This document shows positions 7,401-15,836 of a stretch of DNA of 18,244 nucleotides, one piece after another. How positions within the stretch are numbered: position 1 is the first letter of the stretch; each line of letters opens with the position of its first letter. The notes beneath the pieces are model-generated. The model had not been told where the DNA came from. It saw only the letters and a list, made by a program, of their open reading frames with translations, and made no database searches. Position numbers and translations under genes: made by a program. This stretch comes from Candidatus Hydrogenedentota bacterium (GTDB lineage: Bacteria > Hydrogenedentota > Hydrogenedentia > Hydrogenedentales > GCA-2746185): contig JAYGCN010000016.1 in NCBI GenBank assembly GCA_046583315.1, positions 1-18,244 of the forward strand, given 5' to 3'.

Positions 7401-7409
7401 GCTCTTTGT

Positions 7410-8210
7410 CTACTCCTCGAGATGGTCGCGAAGAAACCCCACCGCACGTTCCCATCCCTTGGTCGCCGCGTTCAAGTTCGCACCGTCGCGTCCCGTCTGC
7501 TGGCGAAAGAAGCCATGGCCCGCACCGGGATACGTTTCGTGGTTAAACGCTTTCCCCTGCGCCTTCAGTTCTGCCACAGCATCTGGAAGAGTCGAGTTCA
7601 CTCGCGCATCATCCCCAGCATACAATGCCAAAATCGGTGCCTTCGCATTTTTCAACAACGCCGTATCCGGAGCGCCTCCATAACACACGACCGCAGCGTC
7701 CAATTCAGGTTGACTCACCCCGTACAGAAAACTCGTTGATCCACCCCAGCAAAAACCAATGGACCCCACTTTACCCGTAGACGCCGGCAGATTCATTCCG
7801 TATGCACGCGCGATGTTCAATCGTTTCACACGCTCCTCATTCGGCAACATGCGTACTTTCGTCATCGCATTGCCATCGCCTTCAACTCCCGAAATCATAT
7901 CCGGCGCGATCGCTATGAATCCCTGGCTCGCGAGATGATCCGCCACCGAATTCGACCAATCGGTCATGCCAAATATTTCGTGAATCACCAAGACAACCGG
8001 AGCCTTGTCCGGCCGTTCCGGATACACCACCCACAATTTCAATTTCGCGTCGGAGCCCGGCATGTCCACGAGCACATATTCACCATGACGCGGCGAATTC
8101 TTGAGTGCGTCCGGAGCCGCATCGGCATCGGGGGGAATCGCAATATCCTGCGCGAATCCCGAAATCGCCAAACCCATCATAATGAACAGAATCAATGACA
8201 CTTTGTACAT
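7410..8210 (-). CDS. Dienelactone hydrolase family protein, probably exported
   Basis: Start ATG 8210 with a GAGGAGG RBS. Motifs VIHEIFG, APD, nucleophile elbow GFCWGG, DARVN and YPGAGHGF. Signal peptide MYKVSLILFIMMGLAISGFA|QD. Confidence 0.9.
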   Translation of the reverse strand: MYKVSLILFIMMGLAISGFAQDIAIPPDADAAPDALKNSPRHGEYVLVDMPGSDAKLKLWVVYPERPDKAPVVLVIHEIFGMTDWSNSVADHLASQGFIAIAPDMISGVEGDGNAMTKVRMLPNEERVKRLNIARAYGMNLPASTGKVGSIGFCWGGSTSFLYGVSQPELDAAVVCYGGAPDTALLKNAKAPILALYAGDDARVNSTLPDAVAELKAQGKAFNHETYPGAGHGFFRQQTGRDGANLNAATKGWERAVGFLRDHLEE

Positions 8211-8273
8211 AACCGCCCTCCTCAATAGACACCGAAACGGTGCGTTTTACCGCTATGTTGATTGGTCAAATTG

Positions 8274-9125
8274 TTATCGCGCGCGAACCAGCCACGCCGC
8301 AAATGCCAACTTCACGCCGTCCTCCGTCTCAAACGGTTTCAGTGCCTCGCGCATCGACGCTTTCACTTTTTCCATCGTCTCAGCATCAGCATCCTTCAGA
8401 ATGGACGACACCGGCCCTATCTTCGTAGCAAAATCCACACTCGCGTCCAGCGTACCGCCCGGACCAACGTGCAATACGGCATCATACGGCTCGATAATCA
8501 CGTCGCCAAAACCCGCATCCGTCAACAAACCCCGCGTCCAATCCGCATCACTTAGCGCAAACGGTCCCGGCGCATTCGGTTCTGGTGGCGGCGGCATGTC
8601 CACATGTTTCGCCGCGCCCATCATCGGCACGGTCATCCACGGATTTTCCCTCGCAGGACGCCAACATATAAAATTTAGTGACCCGCCCGGTTTCAGGGCA
8701 GACTTCAAATTCGGAAATGCGGCAGCCGGATCATCAAAGAACATGATTCCGAATCGGGATACGACAAAATCATACGATGCGGCATCAAGCATCTCGACCT
8801 GAGCGTCTCCTTGCCTAAACGTAACATTCTCCAGACCCAATTCATTCACGCGACTCTGAGCATGGGAAAGCATGGGTTGAGAGATATCCAATCCGTCAAC
8901 GCGACCATCTTTTCCGACGATTCGAGCAAATGCCAACGACGAACCACCACACCCGCAACCGACATCCAGAATGCTGTCGCCCTCTTCGGCATTCACGAAC
9001 TCGATCAATGCATCCTGAAGTGGATCCAGCTGTTTATCCAGGTCTTCCTGCATCGCAACCCACTTCGGGCCGGAAACCTCGTTCCAATATTCTATTTGAG
9101 CAGCATTCGCGTCGTCTGACATCAT
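8274..9125 (-). CDS. Class I SAM-dependent methyltransferase
   Basis: Motif I ILDVGCGCGG, then GLDIS, GDAQ, YDFVVSRFGIMFF and LKPGG. ATG at 9125 overlaps the sulfatase TGA. Confidence 0.9.
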   Translation of the reverse strand: MMSDDANAAQIEYWNEVSGPKWVAMQEDLDKQLDPLQDALIEFVNAEEGDSILDVGCGCGGSSLAFARIVGKDGRVDGLDISQPMLSHAQSRVNELGLENVTFRQGDAQVEMLDAASYDFVVSRFGIMFFDDPAAAFPNLKSALKPGGSLNFICWRPARENPWMTVPMMGAAKHVDMPPPPEPNAPGPFALSDADWTRGLLTDAGFGDVIIEPYDAVLHVGPGGTLDASVDFATKIGPVSSILKDADAETMEKVKASMREALKPFETEDGVKLAFAAWLVRAR

Positions 9126-10603
9126 CAATCACCCGACATCCAGTACGCCTTAAGCCTCATTCCCAGTCTATCCGTCTCGCGATCCAGCTGTTTACGCAAC
9201 CTCCAATAGGTATCGTGAACTTCCTTCGGAATCGCACTCCTGTTTCGCATGCGAGCGTCCACATTCCCGCCTCCCTGTCGCGTATAGAAGTCACCAATGA
9301 GGTTCACGCGCTCGTCTGGATCGTTCTCGAGATCATAGAGTTCATCCCGATCGAAAATCCCGTGATACCGCATCAGTTTATAGCGATCCGTGCGCACGCC
9401 AATCACCGTCGGCGTCTGCGGGAACACACTTTCCCAGAAATAGTTGTATACGAAGGCGTCGCGGCCCTTAGCATCCCCATCGGCAACGAGCGGCCAATAG
9501 GATTGACCCTGAACACTCGAAGGCGTTTCCACGCCGGCAATATCCATCAGCGTCGGAAACAAATCCACGTTCAGCACCATCTGCTTGCGCGTCTGACCGC
9601 CTTCGAATAAATCCGGACATTGAACAATCAATGGAATCTTGATGGATGCTTCATACATCGTTCGTTTATCAATCAATCCATGCTCGCCGAACTGAAATCC
9701 GTTGTCCGAAGTAAAGATTACGATCGTATTTTCAAACAACCCTTCTGCTTTTAAGGTCGCCATGATGCGTCCGACACTGTCATCCACCGTCCGCATCGTT
9801 TCCGCATAACGCAGCGTAAATTCATCCAGGTCCATCGAATTGTTGTACAATCCATCAACGCCGTGCCAGGTATTCCGCTGCTTCTTCACCCAATCCGGCT
9901 TCGTCGCATAGTTCTCTTCCGTATCTGCCATGCTCGCGGGATACGGATACGCGCGCCCCTCATATGAGTCCTTATGCCGACCCGCCGGTACGAAATTCGC
10001 ATGCACCGCTTTGTGCGAAACGTAGGCCATAAACGGTTTGTCCCGTTCCTGTTTGATAAAATCCACAGCGAAATCCGTCACGCGATCGGTGTTGTGCCCT
10101 TTCGTGCGAACCTTCTCGCCGTTCACATTGAATTGTTGATTCAAGTACACACCCTGGCCCCGAAACGATACCCAATGATCAAAACCCGGTCGCGGATCAT
10201 CGCTCGCGCCACCCATATGCCATTTTCCGATAAAGGCCGTCTCGTAACCCGCCTTCTGCAATTCCGCGGGGAATATTGGCGTGTCCTTCGGCAACGGCGT
10301 ACTGTTGTCGAGCACCCCATGCTTGTGCGACCACTGGCCCGACAAAAACGACGCCCTGCTCGGTGAACACAACGAGGTCGTTACAAACGAGTTTGGAAAA
10401 TAGACTCCATTTGACAACATTTCATCGAGATGCGGCGTCTTAAAAAACGAATTGAGTTTGCCAATAGCATCCCAGCGCTGATCATCAACCAAAATAAAGA
10501 TGACGTTCCGTTGCTCGGCAGCCCGCGCCTCACTGATTCCTGTACCCATCAAGCTCAGCGATATCAGCAGCATCGCCGCCAACCGTTTCCAATAAGTAGT
10601 CAT
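9125..10603 (-). CDS. Exported Cys-type formylglycine sulfatase (N-acetylglucosamine-6-sulfatase-like)
   Basis: Start ATG 10603 (AGGGA RBS) with a signal peptide. Motifs NVIFILVDD, LCSPSRASFLSG (CxPxR), GYETAFIGKWH, SDNG..GEHG..DKR and ELYDL..DP.E. Confidence 0.92.
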   Translation of the reverse strand: MTTYWKRLAAMLLISLSLMGTGISEARAAEQRNVIFILVDDQRWDAIGKLNSFFKTPHLDEMLSNGVYFPNSFVTTSLCSPSRASFLSGQWSHKHGVLDNSTPLPKDTPIFPAELQKAGYETAFIGKWHMGGASDDPRPGFDHWVSFRGQGVYLNQQFNVNGEKVRTKGHNTDRVTDFAVDFIKQERDKPFMAYVSHKAVHANFVPAGRHKDSYEGRAYPYPASMADTEENYATKPDWVKKQRNTWHGVDGLYNNSMDLDEFTLRYAETMRTVDDSVGRIMATLKAEGLFENTIVIFTSDNGFQFGEHGLIDKRTMYEASIKIPLIVQCPDLFEGGQTRKQMVLNVDLFPTLMDIAGVETPSSVQGQSYWPLVADGDAKGRDAFVYNYFWESVFPQTPTVIGVRTDRYKLMRYHGIFDRDELYDLENDPDERVNLIGDFYTRQGGGNVDARMRNRSAIPKEVHDTYWRLRKQLDRETDRLGMRLKAYWMSGD

Positions 10604-10725
10604 GCACAAATCCCTATGGGTTAACCTCCAAATGACAAGAGGATAATAATTCGCAACCAATCCCTTCAATCATATATATTTCTCCAAGCATTTCCAAGCA
10701 ACGCCATAACCCGAAAGGTTGTCGA

Positions 10726-12216
10726 ATGCGACTCATTTTGCCACTTCTCCTGCTCACTGCCACCGTAGCCTCAGCCGACCTGCGGCTCCCCTCACTTTTC
10801 AGCGACCACATGGTCATGCAACGCGACCAATCGAATTATGTGTGGGGCTGGTCGGATGCAGGAGAGGCGGTGTCGGTCACTTTCGACGAAACGACAATCT
10901 CAACTGTCGCCTCGGGTGTCGGCACCTGGTACGTACAAATTCCAGCCGCGGCACTGGGAGCACCCAAGAAGCTCATCATTAAAGGTAGCAACACCATCAC
11001 CATCAACGACATCCTCATGGGCGATGTCTGGGTCTGCTCCGGCCAATCCAACATGGAATTCACGGTTGATCGCGCGGACGACGCTGAAAATGAAATTGCC
11101 AACGCCAAGTATCCAAACATCCGTTACTATGGAGTCCCGCTGACGGCCACGCTCAAGAAACGGAGCGACATTAACGCCAAATGGGTCACAACGACCCCCG
11201 AAGTCGTCGCCGGTTTTTCTGCAGTCGGCTATTACTTCGGACGCACACTCCATGAAGAACTGGACGTCCCGATTGGACTCATCGGCACCTCGTGGGGCGG
11301 CACGGCGATCGAATCGTGGATCAGTCAGGATGCCACCACACTCAGCGAGACCTATGCCGAACTGAACGATGACTGGAAGCCTATCGTGCAGGAACATGGG
11401 GAACTCATTGAAAAATTCTACGATACCAGCATCCGTCCGCGCATTGAGCTACCTGAAACGAAACGCGGTGTCGGCGGCGCACCCAATGTGCCCAGTTTCA
11501 ACTACAACGCCATGATCGCGCCGCTCTGGCGCTACGGCATCAAAGGCGCGATATGGTATCAAGGCGAATCCAACGCCGGCCGCGCCTATCAATATCGTGA
11601 CCTCATGAAAACGATGATTCGCGATTGGCGTGTGCAATTCGCGCAAGGCGATTTCCCCTTCTTCATTACCCAACTCGCCAACTACACCGAACGCGCTACC
11701 GAACCCGGACGCAGCAACTGGGCCGAACTACGCGAGGCCCAACTCATGGCCACCGATTTGCCGAACGTGGGCATGGCCGTCATCATCGATATAGGTGATG
11801 CAGACGACATCCACCCGACCAACAAACAAGATGTGGGCAAACGCCTCGCACAATCCGCCTTCAACATCGCTTACAAACAAGACGTGCTGCCCTCAGGCCC
11901 TGTGTACAAGAAAATGAAAAAGGGACGCAAGAAAATAACCCTGCAATTCGACCACGTCGGAAAAGGACTCACCACCGCGAACAAGGGTAAGCCTGTCGGG
12001 TTCCAAATCGCCGGCAAAGACCAGAAATGGGTCTGGGCCGATACCGCCATCAACGGCAAAAAGGTCACCGTCTGGAGCGATTCCGTCAAGAAACCCGTCG
12101 CCGTGCGATACGGCTGGGCCAACAATCCCGACTGCAACCTCTACAACCTCGAAGGCCTACCTGCCACACCATTCCGTACGGATGACTGGCGCATCTCCAC
12201 GCGGAACCGGAAGTAG
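10726..12216 (+). CDS. Sialate O-acetylesterase family (SASA, SGNH) exported esterase
   Basis: Signal peptide and motifs LFSDHMVMQR, GDVWVCSGQSNM, WGGT, WYQGESN, DIHP.NKQDVG.RL, VRYGWANNP and PFRTD. Confidence 0.92.
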   Translation: MRLILPLLLLTATVASADLRLPSLFSDHMVMQRDQSNYVWGWSDAGEAVSVTFDETTISTVASGVGTWYVQIPAAALGAPKKLIIKGSNTITINDILMGDVWVCSGQSNMEFTVDRADDAENEIANAKYPNIRYYGVPLTATLKKRSDINAKWVTTTPEVVAGFSAVGYYFGRTLHEELDVPIGLIGTSWGGTAIESWISQDATTLSETYAELNDDWKPIVQEHGELIEKFYDTSIRPRIELPETKRGVGGAPNVPSFNYNAMIAPLWRYGIKGAIWYQGESNAGRAYQYRDLMKTMIRDWRVQFAQGDFPFFITQLANYTERATEPGRSNWAELREAQLMATDLPNVGMAVIIDIGDADDIHPTNKQDVGKRLAQSAFNIAYKQDVLPSGPVYKKMKKGRKKITLQFDHVGKGLTTANKGKPVGFQIAGKDQKWVWADTAINGKKVTVWSDSVKKPVAVRYGWANNPDCNLYNLEGLPATPFRTDDWRISTRNRK

Positions 12217-12222
12217 TCTTGG

Positions 12223-12310
12223 CGACCCCGAAGGGATCCAATATGAATAGCCCCGGGTTGCTACTAGGGGTAAACGAGATTCCATACAATCAACCCTGAA
12301 GGGGTTGAAC
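12223..12310. repeat. REP-like three-hairpin extragenic element, partly decayed
   Basis: GACCCC-GAA-GGGATC (12224-12238), CCCCGGGT-TGCT-ACTAGGGG (12251-12270) and TCAACCCT-GAA-GGGGTTGA (12290-12308), between convergent genes. Hairpins 1 and 3 are variants of one motif. Confidence 0.6.
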
Positions 12311-12337
12311 TACGCCCGCGCCGACCGTATCCGAATC

Positions 12338-12727
12338 TTAGGCCTCCACAACCGCCGTTGCCTCAATCTCCACCAATAGCCCTGGAAAAACCAAAGAGGC
12401 CACACCCACCCAGGTAGAAGCAGGCTGATTCTCCTGCGTAAACACTTTCGCCTTCGCCTTGCCCACAGCCGTCGAACGGTCTCGGTCCATGTTTACGATG
12501 TAAACGTTCAATTTGATCACATCGTCCACGCCCGCGCCTGCCGCTTCCAGCTCCTTCACCAGGTTCGCAAAGACGATATCCGCCTGCGCACCAATATCCT
12601 CCGGCGTTTCCTTGCCGTCGTGCCCAACCTGACCCGCAACAACAATCGTCTTCACACCGTTTGACGTATACGCCACCGAATTACTGAATCCCATCCGCGA
12701 AGGGTTAATAAACTCTTTCGTCAACAT
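12338..12727 (-). CDS. Rid (YjgF/YER057c/UK114) family protein
   Basis: Motifs VAGQVG, NL..ELEAAG, DVIKLNVY, PASTWVGV.SL and LLVEIEATA. GAGGAG RBS. Confidence 0.9.
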   Translation of the reverse strand: MLTKEFINPSRMGFSNSVAYTSNGVKTIVVAGQVGHDGKETPEDIGAQADIVFANLVKELEAAGAGVDDVIKLNVYIVNMDRDRSTAVGKAKAKVFTQENQPASTWVGVASLVFPGLLVEIEATAVVEA

Positions 12728-12742
12728 CTAGACACTCCTCAG

Positions 12743-13582
12743 TTAGTTACGTTTCGCTCGTTCCCGCTTCTTTGGTGCCAACGCCGGATCAAGTCCCTCA
12801 ATTCTCACAAACTCATGTGAAATTGGCCCGTCATCGCCCAACTTCCACACTCGGAATCCCAAGGGCGATTTATCCAGATTCAACGCGCCCGACGCGCTCG
12901 CGATCATCGGAATACCCTCATACTCCAGCAGCAAATTCTTATGTACATGCCCCGCCATAAATACGACCACGCCATGCTTCACCAACAGACCCAACAATTC
13001 AGAGCGCAACTCCGGCGGAATATTAAAATACTCCTCCGCTTCATCGGGTGTCTTCAAAAACAGCGGATAATGCCCCACAATCACGCTCTTCCGGTCCCGC
13101 GAGGCCAATTCCGCCAGCGTCTTCTCGAACCACGCCTGATGTTTCGCCGACTCCTCCGGCACCTCTACCTTCCACAACTGCGTGTTCACAATCACGAAGG
13201 TATAGCCCTTGTGGTCCACTGTGAAATAATCCTCCCCAATCGCCGCGCGATATTTCGCTAGTGACTCCGCTGTCGGCACATTCTCCACATCATGATTGCC
13301 CGACGCCACGTGACAGGGAACCGTGAAGCCCGCGCGAATGCGTTTGAAATCATTAAACGACTTCTCATCCGCATCATTCACCAGATCCCCGCAAATCACC
13401 ACCAAATCCGGCGCCATCTTGTTGATCTGCACCACCGCCTTCTCAAACGAATCCACATCATGCGCATACCCACCCATCCCCAACTGAGTATCACACATCT
13501 GCACGACAACAAAATCCTCCGCCGAAACCAACACACAAGGCACCAATACAAATAACAACAAACATAATCCACGAATAAACAT
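12743..13582 (-). CDS. Calcineurin-like metallophosphoesterase (CPPED1-like), probably exported
   Basis: Start ATG 13582 (GGAGG RBS) with a signal peptide. Metal-binding motifs DTQ, GDLV, GNHD, GHYP and GHVH. Confidence 0.88.
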   Translation of the reverse strand: MFIRGLCLLLFVLVPCVLVSAEDFVVVQMCDTQLGMGGYAHDVDSFEKAVVQINKMAPDLVVICGDLVNDADEKSFNDFKRIRAGFTVPCHVASGNHDVENVPTAESLAKYRAAIGEDYFTVDHKGYTFVIVNTQLWKVEVPEESAKHQAWFEKTLAELASRDRKSVIVGHYPLFLKTPDEAEEYFNIPPELRSELLGLLVKHGVVVFMAGHVHKNLLLEYEGIPMIASASGALNLDKSPLGFRVWKLGDDGPISHEFVRIEGLDPALAPKKRERAKRN

Positions 13583-13660
13583 ATTCAGCCCTCCAAAAGT
13601 CCATCCTATCACACGACAAGCCCCTATGTACCGCCCTCCATCCATGTCGTCATTGTCCTT

Positions 13661-13747
13661 CTCTGCGCCTCTGCGTCTCTGCGTGAAAGCCCTGCGCACT
13701 TCGTGGTTTTCGCTTCCTCAATCTGCGTTCATCTGCATAATCTGCGG
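13661..13747. repeat. Cluster of short intergenic tandem repeats
   Basis: CTCTGCGC-CTCTGCGT-CTCTGCGT (13661-13684) and ATCTGCGTTC-ATCTGCATA-ATCTGCGG (13721-13747). Confidence 0.75.
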
Positions 13748-13768
13748 ATAAAAAAGGTGGTTTCTCCA

Positions 13769-13798
13769 TTGCCCGGAACCCCGCCGATGCGATAGCAT
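13769..13798 (+). promoter_or_regulatory. Possible sigma70 promoter of the thi operon
   Basis: TTGCCC-18 bp-TAGCAT, ending 36 nt before the GTG start. Confidence 0.35.
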
Positions 13799-13834
13799 AT
13801 AGGCCTAAGCCTTGATTCACCAGAGACCCGAACC

Positions 13835-14980
13835 GTGTACAATTTCACCGACATACTAAACACCTGGCCGCGCGAGCGTGTGGAGGAATTATTCGCCTCC
13901 ATTACTGCGGACGATGTGACCGCCGCGTTAACGCGTGAGGACCGCGCGGAACGGGATTTGGCAGCCTTGTTGTCACCCCATGCGGACACATCCCTCGAAC
14001 CCATTGCACAGGAAGCGCAACGCCTGTCCCGCTGGCATTTCGGGCGCACCATCGGCCTCTACGTGCCCATTTACTTATCCAACGTATGCGGCGCGGACTG
14101 CACCTACTGCGGATACGCCGTGCGTTCGGGCAACAAGGAACGCCGCGTCACATTAACCGAATCCGAATTGCGCCGGGAATGCGAAACGCTCGTCGATATT
14201 GGTTATCAAAACGTATTACTACTCACCGGAGAAGCACCCCGCGCCGTGCCGGTCGATTACATCGCCGAAAACGTCGCCATTGCACGCGAATATTTCCCCT
14301 CTGTATCTATCGAAATCTATTCGCTCGACTCGGAACACTACGAACGCCTCACGGCACTCGGACTCGAAGGCGTCACCATCTACATGGAAACCTACGATCG
14401 CCCGACCTACGCCGACGTGCATTTACTCGGTGCCAAAAGCGATTACGATTACCGCATCCACGCCATCGAACGCGCGGGACGTGCTGGCGCGCGCAAGATT
14501 AACATCGGCGTATTACTCGGACTCACCGACTGGCGCGTGGACACGTTCTGGCTCGCGTTACACGGTCGCTATCTGCAAAAAGCCTGCTGGGAAAGCAGCG
14601 TCTCTATTTCCTTCCCAAGATTGCAACACGTGCCCGAACGATTCGACATCCCGAAACTCGTGTCCAACCGCGAAATGGTCCAGGCCATGCTCGCCTTGCG
14701 GCTGTTCCTGCCCGAAGCCGGATTCAACGTTTCCACACGCGAGGCGCCTGCTTTCCGCGACAACCTCATCCCGCTCGGCACAACGATGATGAGCGCAGGC
14801 TCCTCCACACGCCCCGGCGGCTACGCCACCCACGACGACGACGTGCTCGAACAGTTCTCACTCGAAGATCACCGAACGCTCGAAGAAGTCGCAGCCGTGG
14901 TCCGCAATGCTGGATACGATCCTGTCTGGAAAGATTTCGATCGCGCATTCGACGAGACCGCAGAAAAGGTGAAGTCATGA
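13835..14980 (+). CDS. thiH: 2-iminoacetate synthase ThiH (radical SAM tyrosine lyase)
   Basis: LYVPIYLSNVCGADCTYCG (CxxxCxxC), LLLTGE, YMETY, SISFPRL, STRE, MSAGSSTRPGGY, EQF...D.R and GYDPVWKD. Adjacent to thiS and thiE. Confidence 0.93.
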   Translation: MYNFTDILNTWPRERVEELFASITADDVTAALTREDRAERDLAALLSPHADTSLEPIAQEAQRLSRWHFGRTIGLYVPIYLSNVCGADCTYCGYAVRSGNKERRVTLTESELRRECETLVDIGYQNVLLLTGEAPRAVPVDYIAENVAIAREYFPSVSIEIYSLDSEHYERLTALGLEGVTIYMETYDRPTYADVHLLGAKSDYDYRIHAIERAGRAGARKINIGVLLGLTDWRVDTFWLALHGRYLQKACWESSVSISFPRLQHVPERFDIPKLVSNREMVQAMLALRLFLPEAGFNVSTREAPAFRDNLIPLGTTMMSAGSSTRPGGYATHDDDVLEQFSLEDHRTLEEVAAVVRNAGYDPVWKDFDRAFDETAEKVKS

Positions 14981-15177
14981 CGCTGACGGTCAATGGGGAA
15001 TCGCGTGAGTTGACGGACGACACGACACTAATCGGCCTGCTGAATTCCTTTTCGCTCAACCCGGATGCAACAGCCGTGCAGCTAAACGAGGATATCCTCG
15101 AACGCGAGGCCTTCCCCACGACCACCCTCAACGACGGCGACACCTTGGAACTAATTCGCATCGTCGGAGGCGGTTGA
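14977..15177 (+). CDS. thiS: Sulfur carrier protein ThiS
   Basis: 66 aa, LTVNGE...AVQLN...LNDGD.LELIRIVGGG with a C-terminal GG. ATGA overlap with thiH. Confidence 0.95.
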   Translation: MTLTVNGESRELTDDTTLIGLLNSFSLNPDATAVQLNEDILEREAFPTTTLNDGDTLELIRIVGGG

Positions 15178-15836
15178 TGCCCACCCACGCGGAACGCATG
15201 GCCCGTTTTAATGCGTCGGATTTATACGTCGTCATCACCGAAGCTTTCTGCGCGGGACGTGACTCCATCACCGTGCTCGATGCGGTCCTAGAAGCAGGCG
15301 TCACCCTCATCCAGTTCCGCGAAAAAGACTGGGACGACGGAAAACTCCACGAAATCGGCCTCGAGTATCGAAAACGTACGACCGACGCAGGCGCCATCCT
15401 CATCGTCAACAACCGAGTCGACATCGCGCTGGCCATCGAAGCAGACGGCGTGCATCTCGGACAAGGCGATCTACCGAATCCCGTCGCGCGCGACTTGGCC
15501 CCTGAGTTGATTCTCGGCGCCTCCACCCACTCCCTCGAAGATGCCCAACGTGCCGAATCCGAAGGTGCAAGTTATTACAACATTGGCCCAATTTATCCGA
15601 CGGAAACCAAACAACTGACCATGGACGCGCTCGGTCCCGAGATGATCGACACCATCGCGCCCCACATCACTTTACCCTTCACCTGCATGGGCGGTATCAA
15701 GTCCCATAACGTCGGTGACCTATTGTCACGGGGCGCAAAACATCCCGCCGTCGTCACCGCGGTCACGGCTGCGGACGACATTACGGGATCCGCACGTGAA
15801 TTGCGCGAACAAATTCTCCAGGCAGTATCACGATGA
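15177..15836 (+). CDS. thiE: Thiamine-phosphate synthase ThiE
   Basis: LYVVI, IQFREK, LIVNNRVDIALA..ADGVHLGQGD, GASTHS, GPIYPTETK and GGI. ATG 15177 overlaps the thiS TGA. Confidence 0.95.
   Translation: MPTHAERMARFNASDLYVVITEAFCAGRDSITVLDAVLEAGVTLIQFREKDWDDGKLHEIGLEYRKRTTDAGAILIVNNRVDIALAIEADGVHLGQGDLPNPVARDLAPELILGASTHSLEDAQRAESEGASYYNIGPIYPTETKQLTMDALGPEMIDTIAPHITLPFTCMGGIKSHNVGDLLSRGAKHPAVVTAVTAADDITGSARELREQILQAVSR

Noticed and set aside
7284..7739. ORFs 7284..7739 and 7346..7546 as an explanation of the structured element
   Set aside because: Largely antisense to the dienelactone hydrolase, with no clear RBS and no protein-like features.
8101..9610. Long + strand ORFs 8101..8802 and 8930..9610
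   Set aside because: Antisense shadows of the well-supported methyltransferase and sulfatase genes.
13583..13699. N-terminal extension of the phosphoesterase (MRRAFTQRRRGAE...)
   Set aside because: It is the translation of the CTCTGCG repeats. The GGAGG RBS and signal peptide place the start at 13582.
13661..13747. CRISPR array
   Set aside because: Units are 8-10 nt and adjacent, with no spacers and no cas genes.
13600..13834. TPP riboswitch upstream of thiH
   Set aside because: No CTGAGA or ACCTGA..AATGC..GCG.AGG core found, and the predicted leader is too short.
13835..14980. HydG (hydrogenase maturase) instead of ThiH
   Set aside because: At 381 aa it lacks the C-terminal second Fe-S domain of HydG, and it is coupled to thiS and thiE.
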